A stretch of DNA of 64,000 nucleotides from Williopsis jadinii (lineage: Eukaryota). Shown piece after piece: positions 56,722-64,000 of this stretch (within the stretch, counting starts at the first letter, position 1; each line of letters starts with the position of its first letter). The DNA lies in NCBI GenBank assembly GCA_024346625.1, contig AP024665.1:620001-684000 (forward strand). Reading direction: 5' to 3'. Under the pieces are notes generated by a model. It saw only the letters and a program-made list of their open reading frames with translations, searched no databases and was not told the DNA's origin. The position numbers were made by a program, and so were the translations under genes.

Positions 56722-57483
56722 ATGGATAAATTGAAAGAGGTATGTTCTGTTGTTTCTGCTCTTGGTTTCCTTCTCTATGATATCGCTATGGCTAGAAGGC
56801 ATTGTTGTGTGAACCGCCGGGTACAACTGATTTCCACACCCCTTTGATCTGGGAGTTTTTGTTTCAAAACTGCATTTTTACGTGTAAAGGGGGGGGGGGT
56901 GAACACAGGGTATATATGGGGAAGAGGATGATGGCGACGCAGCTGTATTGGTATCGGTTTGTTATAGAGATTAAACTACCAGACACATGTACTAACCGAT
57001 GTTCTTGTGTTTTAGAAATTGAACAACTTGAAGGAAGAAGCTGAGAAGTGGCAAGAGAAGTCTGATGAGCACTTGACGGTGATCAAGAAGTTGGAACAAG
57101 AGCTCCTTGAGAAGGATAACCAAATCCAATCCTTGACCAGAAAGAACGAAACCTTGGAAGAGTCTGTTGAAAAGTTGGAAAGTGAAGTGTCTGAACAAAA
57201 GACCGCTGCCGAGGAGAGCTCTTCTTTGAAGGCTCACAACGACAACTTCACCAAGAAGAACCAACAATTGGAGGAGGAATTGGAGGAATCTGACAAGAAC
57301 TTGAAGGACACTACCGAGAAGTTGCGTGAAACCGACTTGAAGGTTGAACAATTGGAACGTAAAGTTGCCTCTTTGGAGTCTGAACGTGACGAGTGGGAGC
57401 AGAAATACGAGGAACTCCACCAAAAGTACACTGGAGCTCAAGCCGAATTGGACGAGATCTCTGCTCAATTGGAGGCTCTCTAA
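56722..57483 (+). CDS. TPM2: Tropomyosin, 161 aa (2 exons)
   Basis: Exon 1 56722-56739 (MDKLKE); intron 56740-57015 (GTATGT..TACTAAC 56990..TAG); exon 2 coiled coil with TKKNQQLEEELEESD. TPM1 vs TPM2 cannot be distinguished. Confidence 0.9.
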
Positions 57484-59538
57484 CTTTTGGATTCAAATTT
57501 TACAGTTGTACTGGAAGATTCTAAACGCAATGGAAACATTCCGTTATGGGCTGTTTTAAAACTGTTATTCTTGACATTGGTCACTGTGGAGTATTTGAAA
57601 TCACCTATTTCGTTTATTGCGATTTATATTTTGCTACCATTATGTGTATGTCTCTTTCTTTTATATCTCCAATGATGCATCTTTATATACTTTTAATGGG
57701 TTGTATGTGTAATTATCCCAAGAGTTCTGAATCATTGGGCCATTGCCAACATTCCCTTGATGATTTGTAAACCAAAATCACATTTTTGGATGGCGCGCTC
57801 AGCTTTCTTTTTCAACCACATCTTTTTGGTTGGATTTCTCAAACCTGCGGTTACACATTTACATTCAGACATGCATGTCCAATATGCATTACTGAACTAC
57901 AACTATAAGCTGGCGCCGGTCTCACAATTGCTCAATTATCATAGAGAAATGGTTTCAAATTTGGATATTTATTTCACAAATTAATTTGTGAATTTATTCA
58001 AGGATGGGGGATCCAGATAAAAGTAGTTTAGTGCTGATTATGAACTGGATCATTTACCATAACTTTCGATCAATATAACAGAAAAATTATTAGGGGTTCA
58101 ACTAAGATAGTTGAACTCGATATTTTATAGTTTACCAACGGGAACATGCTCAAGGTATAGGTGGAAACTGTTGTATTGAAATCGATTACGCTGTAATTAT
58201 ACATTTAGCCTGTAAAGGAGCATAATTACACTGATAACATCTGTCTGATTGATAATATTTGAATACGGAGGTAAGTATCATTGCCCAGTGTTTAATTAAC
58301 AATTTCAAGTTTTATGTTTGTATCAGAAACAGTATTAAGATCGGTTGTAGCTGGACACATCCTCCTATCTGTCAAATGGATTGGAAGCTAGGTTGAAATG
58401 GATATTGGAGATTATCAGGGAATATTTCACAACGCTTCCTAATCAAATTACATTCTTCATTGGTTTCCATTGGGGATCAACAAGGTTTAAGAAGACACAA
58501 ACCGTATAGGGTGAATGTTTAGAAACAGAACTCAATAGTCCAAAGCAGTATTCGCAAAATAACAATTACTGATTCCCGGAAAGTGTTCGGAGGCAGCACC
58601 AATGAAATCTTCATAGTGTTCCTAATCTATAGTCCCAGTTAAGAGTATCTATCTAAGAGTCTGACTTCTGGATATATTAGGGTTCAAGACCATCTAAAGA
58701 CAGATGCTAGAGGCTCTAAAGAAACAACATGTACTAAGGCCTGGTGTCTCAAAATTCCGTGAATGACTGTAGGTTGTGCATCCAGACGTTTGAAACTAGA
58801 GCAACCACTTCCATGCCTTTCTCAACATTTGAACCGTAACGATTTCAGAGAAGTACCGACCACCAAACTTTCAACTGGATCTAAACTTCACACACATTAT
58901 AACATATTGTAAAGAGTGCCTCTGTATATTCAATGGAGCCTATGGTATACGCTTACCATTAGTATGCACTCATTTCTATCAGTTCTGACTGCTCTTAAGA
59001 CATATGCACGTTAGATATCCGAAGCTCAGGACATTTCGAATCTTGGGACAAATCGTGCTGGTGTACGCCGAAAAACGCAAAGGGAAATGAGCGCGATTGT
59101 GTACGGGGCGTTTTTTTTTGGCTTCAACTCGCCGGTGCTCGGCCCCATAGTTACAGAATAAACAAAAAAATCGAGACCTTTGGGAAAAGGCGATGTAAAA
59201 TCCCCCAGTTCTTCTGTTTAAGAAAAAAAAAAAGAACCAAAAATCTGGCAAGGAAAACTACAGTTAGGTTCGTGCATGATGATATTTACGCTGAAATGTT
59301 TTTTGTGTTTCTCTCTAAATCCGCGTTTTCTCCTGCCTAATCGCCCCTCAGGCTGCGTAATTCTCATACCAGGTATTTTTTCCCTTTTTTTTGCTTCCTG
59401 AAGACAGAACAAAAAAACCCGGCACGTCAAGACCGAACAAAAAAATGCGTGGGTTCCAGTACAATTTAGAGAGGATAGGCCCGTGAATCACTTTCAAATT
59501 TCCAAGAGAGAGTGATCTATTAAAGAGATAACGAAGTC

Positions 59539-59833
59539 ATGTCTGATAATTACTGGCTGAGTGAACAGTTGAAGACTGACGAGACGTTCAACAGTGGTAA
59601 TAACAATGAAGACCAGTTGATGTCCTCCTTTCTCAACTACATGGAGGATGATAACACAAACAACACCGGCGGTAACAACAACAATAACAATAACAATGGC
59701 GGTATTGGGGTAAACAGCGGCAATCCAGGTATGAATAACGCGATGTTTGGTGATGACAACGTGCAAAGTGGCTCACAGCTTCAGAATGAAACGTTTGATA
59801 TAGGGAGTATCAATCCTTCTGCCTTGTTGGGTC

Positions 59834-59927
<94 letters not shown>

Positions 59928-60300
59928 GCAACAACAACAACAACTGATACAACAACAACGACAACTACAATTCGAACAACAACAGAAACAGCAGCAGCAA
60001 CAACAGCAACAGCAACAGCAAGCTCGTCAACAGACTCAGCAACAGTTGCAACAACAGCTGCATGCTACTCATTCTCCACTGATGTCGAATCAGTTGCAGA
60101 GACCCAATGATACGAACGACTTGATTCAATCCCTTCTCAATGAGAGAAATAAGAACAAAAGTAATCAGAACATTTCTATTCAGCAAGGCCCTCCTCCTAA
60201 CCAGGGATTCTCTCCAGCTGAAGTGTTTTCACCCTCAACGCAAAGCCAGACAATACCTCCTCCTATTACTCAACAAGATGGTTGGCCAGTGCCACAACAA

Positions 60301-60332
<32 letters not shown>

Positions 60333-63300
60333 ACAACAACAGCAGCAACAACAGCAGAGACAACGCGGCATCCAAAATAATGTCCAACAACAGTTCAATC
60401 AAGGAATGCCAATAGATAAGGCAGCTATGATCGCAGCTCTCCAGCAGCGGAACCAAAATCAACATAGACAACAGCAGTTTCAACAGCAACAAATGATGAT
60501 GCAACAGCAACAGCAACAACAGCAGCAGCAAGTTCAACAGGCTCAACAAGCTCAACAGTCTCAACAGAACCCACAGAATCAGCAGTCACCTAATCAACAC
60601 CACACTCAGTTGAATCCACAGATGTCGCCAAACTTGTCCGGTCAAACACCTCAACAGCAACAACAACAGCAACAACAGATGTTTCAACAATTGCAACAGC
60701 AACAGGCCTTAAGACTACGCCAATTGCAACAAAGACAAAGGCAGCAGCAGCAGCAACAACAACAACAGACGCAACAAACGCAAAAGACTCAGCAACAAGC
60801 CCAACAACAAGCCCAACAGCAAGTCCAACAGCAGTCTCATTCTCAACCTGGCTCGGTTCCTCCAACTCCACAAGAGATCCAGAATGGTGTTAGGTCGCCA
60901 ATGGTTCAAAACCAGTTCAATATGCCATTTTCTAGTAACCAAGCTACTAGAAATGGTACCCCAAATCAGAATTTAAACCAGAGACCTTCTCCTCAAGCTC
61001 AGAAACAGAACGTTTCAGGACCACCGACACCCGTACAGGCATCGCAACAGGCACAAACACCACAGGTGCAGAATAATAACCAGCCGAGTGCTGAACAAAG
61101 GCGTTTGAATCAACAACTCAGTTCGATTCAGGTTGACCTCTTCATGAAAACACTTACTGATTATATGAGAGCCAGGGGAACCCCAATTAACACTATTCCT
61201 GTTGTTGGTGGAAGAAGACTTCATCCATTCTTCCTTTATGCTATTGTTGCGAGATGGGGTGGTTCCGCTAATGTGTCGAGACAAAATCAATGGGGTCTTG
61301 TTGGGCAAAAATTGGGTTTAAATGTCGATCAGAACCCTCAATTAATTAGAGATTTGACAAAGGTTTACGTTGATTATCTTTATCCATTTGAGCAATATGC
61401 TTCTACTCCAGAAGGTCAAAGAGATTTGCAAAGTAGAAGACAGTTATTGCAGAAACAACAAGAGGCGATTTTACGCCAGAGACAACAAGAACAACAACCT
61501 CCATCTGCTCCTGCTCCTGCTCCTGCTGTTGCTCCTACTCCTGCTGCTGCTGCTGCCAGTGCGCCATCCCCTGTCATCCAGCAGTCACCAGCTCAACAGC
61601 ATCTGCCAACGCCGTCTAATTCAGCTCCTCAGGTTGCTCAAGTTCCTCAGCCACAGCAAAGCATAGTTGTTCCTGCCCAACAAAAGCAGCAACCTGTTTC
61701 TCAGCATACAAGTCAACCACCAACGCCAATGGCTCAACCTCCGCGACCTGTCTCTAGAGACGCTACTTCTCCATTCGCCCAGCCTGGTGCCAGAGTTAGT
61801 GTATCTCAGCAAGGAGGCTCAAAGAATAACTCACCGTTGGTGTCCAACACTAATGTGAGTCCTTCAGTTATCTCTAGACCACCATCAGAGACTAATGTTC
61901 CTACCCAAGTTGAATCTCCTCCAATTCTTCCGCCTAACATCATCAGAAATTACATCCCAGAGCATAGAATTGTTGACTACCATGGTGGATTCGATATCAA
62001 GGTGTTATCTCAAGTTGGTGAACAAATTGATACGGCAAAGCCAATATTTTTGTTCGCACCGGAACTGGGTGCTATTAACATACATGCTTTGACAATGAGC
62101 CTAGAATCTGGTTGTATTTCTGAGGTTAATACTGCTTTGAACACTATTCTAGTGACATCTGCTGATAATGGTTTGACCATACCGTTGCCTGAATGTCCTG
62201 AATTTTTGGATGCTATAACAACACTCGGCTTGCGTGTTTTGGATCAACTATTAAAAGGTACTAATGATAGAATTAAGGCTGGTGCGGATGATATCGATAT
62301 TGAAATTATAACCCCTCAGGCATCATCAAACATTGACGAAGTCTTCTCCAAATACGTGAAGGATGATGAAGAATATGACGAAACCGAAATTCGGATAGAC
62401 TCTTTTAGTGGTGAACCCATTGAAGAGACTGAAGACTCCATTGACGTTGAATCTGTACCGGATACAGTGGCTATGGATATGGATGAACCAGAATCCAATG
62501 GGGTTTCTAGACAAGAAGTATCTTCTATGCCACCTAATTTTAACATTCCAGAGAAGTTTGAAATCCCATCTTACTTTGAAATGTTGACTGCCGTTCGTTC
62601 AGAAACAGAAGATCCGTTCAGCACAATCCATGTGAGGACTGCAGAGGACCCTCAGGTATTACTCATCGATCAGCTTACAACCATATCAATGATTCTCAGA
62701 AACATCTCATTCACAGATTACAACTCCAAGGCACTTGCGATGAATGAGAATGTAAAAGATCTATTATTCAGAATCATACACGCTATTGCAACTAATGGAG
62801 ATAAATTTATCTTCACTAGACGCAGACTTGGTTTCTTGAAGGATAGTTTGATTATCCTCACAAATATATCGCACTTGCTTGAGCTCAGATCCCATAATGA
62901 AGCTTTATGTGCATTGGCTCTTGTCTTAACCTTTGGCAGTGATCCTCAAACAGATGAAACTATGTTAATCCCAGACTATGTTCCATCCACCCACAAATAT
63001 CTCTCTCATGGTGTTGATGTGCTCACAAAACTTTTGGTTAGAGATCCTCCTAATAGATCACTATTCCAAGCAGTTATGACTGGTATCTATGACTCGTCGG
63101 TCCATCCACTTGTTGTTGAAGAGAATAAGAAGTTAGTGGCCTTGTACACTGGAGACCAAGGAGAATTTTTCCTTATTTCAAGGGTGTTCAAGTATTTGTT
63201 GTCTGTGATTCCATTCAACTCTTTAGCTCTACATCCATTGTTGCAGGAGAGAGAGGCTGTCATTCTTCAGGCTCTTCTTTCAGCGTTGTTGGTTGTCGAT

Positions 63301-63681
63301 ATGGTCCCAACTGATCAATTGAAGCAAAATATGCCTTTGACTTGGTTGTGCAGTACGGAATCTATCGGACATGGCTTAATTAGACTTGGTCTGCTATTAG
63401 CGCCATTTTCTGCTGAACCAAACAATAACGATGCATTGAAGCAAATTTCAAAGAGAGCATTGCTGTTGGTAAATGAACTCGCAGACAAAGCTCTACAACT
63501 GATTGAATTCTTGGGTAAAGAAGATGACAAGAACAAACTCAAAGACATCAAGCTACATCTCTCGCCTGACTCTATCCTCGGTTCAATGCTCAGCACAATT
63601 GACCCTATGATACTAGACCAAATTATGGCATTATACTCGCGTATTGAAAGAATCAACAAGAGTCTTGAAAGTGTTGCTTAA
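59539..63681 (+). CDS. SWI1: SWI/SNF subunit Swi1 (ARID domain, Q/N-rich N-terminus)
   Basis: ARID (FMKTLTDYMRARGTP...LYAIVARWGG...YVDYLYPFE); ELGAINIHALTMSL and SMILRNISF in the ARM region. Confidence 0.92.
59833..59943 (+). repeat. (CAA)31 CAG (CAA)5 microsatellite encoding 37 Q in SWI1
   Basis: Direct count: pure CAA 59833-59925, CAG at 59926, CAA to 59943. Confidence 0.95.
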
Positions 63682-63737
63682 TCAAAACTATATATTTGAT
63701 TTGTACTATTGTTTAAAATAATATGTTTTCCACCTTT

Positions 63738-64000
63738 TCAATCATCTTTGTAATTTGTTGTTAAATAATCATGAATTCTTCCTCCCAGATCTTCACCAAC
63801 TATCTTTACAAGTTCGTGCCTGGTTAAGCTCATCAGCTTGTTGACGTCTTTGACTTTTCTCATGATGAGATAAAAGTCGACGTTAGTAATCCCTGGTATG
63901 TTTTGTAGCAAAGCAACAACGTTTTTACCAAGTTGGATATTATCTCTTTGTTTGGCTTCGTCAAGTCCAGCATTCACAGCTTCCACAATATTTGGTTCTT
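63738..64000 (-). CDS. RAD1: XPF endonuclease Rad1, 3' end (HhH domain); partial
   Basis: EPNIVEAVNAGLD...LLQNIPGITNVDFYLIMRKVKDVNKLMSL...IHDYL; near SWI1. Confidence 0.7.
   Translation of the reverse strand, partial: EPNIVEAVNAGLDEAKQRDNIQLGKNVVALLQNIPGITNVDFYLIMRKVKDVNKLMSLTRHELVKIVGEDLGGRIHDYLTTNYKDD

Noticed and set aside
56992..57468. 158-aa antisense ORF over tropomyosin
   Set aside because: Expected from the strong codon bias of a coiled-coil gene; no independent evidence.
58269..58278. Minus-strand ATACTTACCT, identical to the U1 snRNA 5' end
   Set aside because: No stem I with the GAUCANGAAG U1-70K loop and no convincing Sm site follow; likely a chance match.

Overview
Gene-dense 64-kb segment of a budding-yeast (Saccharomycotina) chromosome. 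It uses the standard genetic code: CTG sits at a conserved Leu, e.g. ADH GGGLGS. Short spliceosomal introns are frequent, with donors GTGAGT/GTAAGT/GTATGT/GTACGT and branch sites (T/G/A)ACTAAC or TGCTAAC; this suggests a Phaffomycetales (Cyberlindnera/Wickerhamomyces-like) species (inference only). About 29 protein-coding genes are supported, in blocks that match S. cerevisiae neighbourhoods as I recall them: FKH1/2-ASG1; AZF1-RPC19-CEX1-YAF9-TFC7-Maf-NOP15-CYB5; LYS4-NHP2-MRPL7-SEC26-YDR239C-like-SNU56-like-GLE1; MET18-RRT14-TMA108-APJ1-like-TPM; SWI1-RAD1. CAN1, a DUF2009/UPF0652 gene, a SUR7/PalI gene and an alcohol dehydrogenase are interspersed. I rebuilt eight intron-containing gene models and found a probable 5'-UTR intron in SEC26 and a glutathione S-transferase pseudogene that the ORF track misses. 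I saw no tRNA, rRNA, CRISPR array or intact transposon, and no clear multi-gene novel system. The best leads are: a putative Snu56 orthologue with an intact GxxG KH domain; an ADH paralogue with natural substrate-pocket changes (T48S, W93G, M294L in horse numbering); strongly structured RNA in the CYB5 intron and 3' region; and the B-box-DUF2009 protein.
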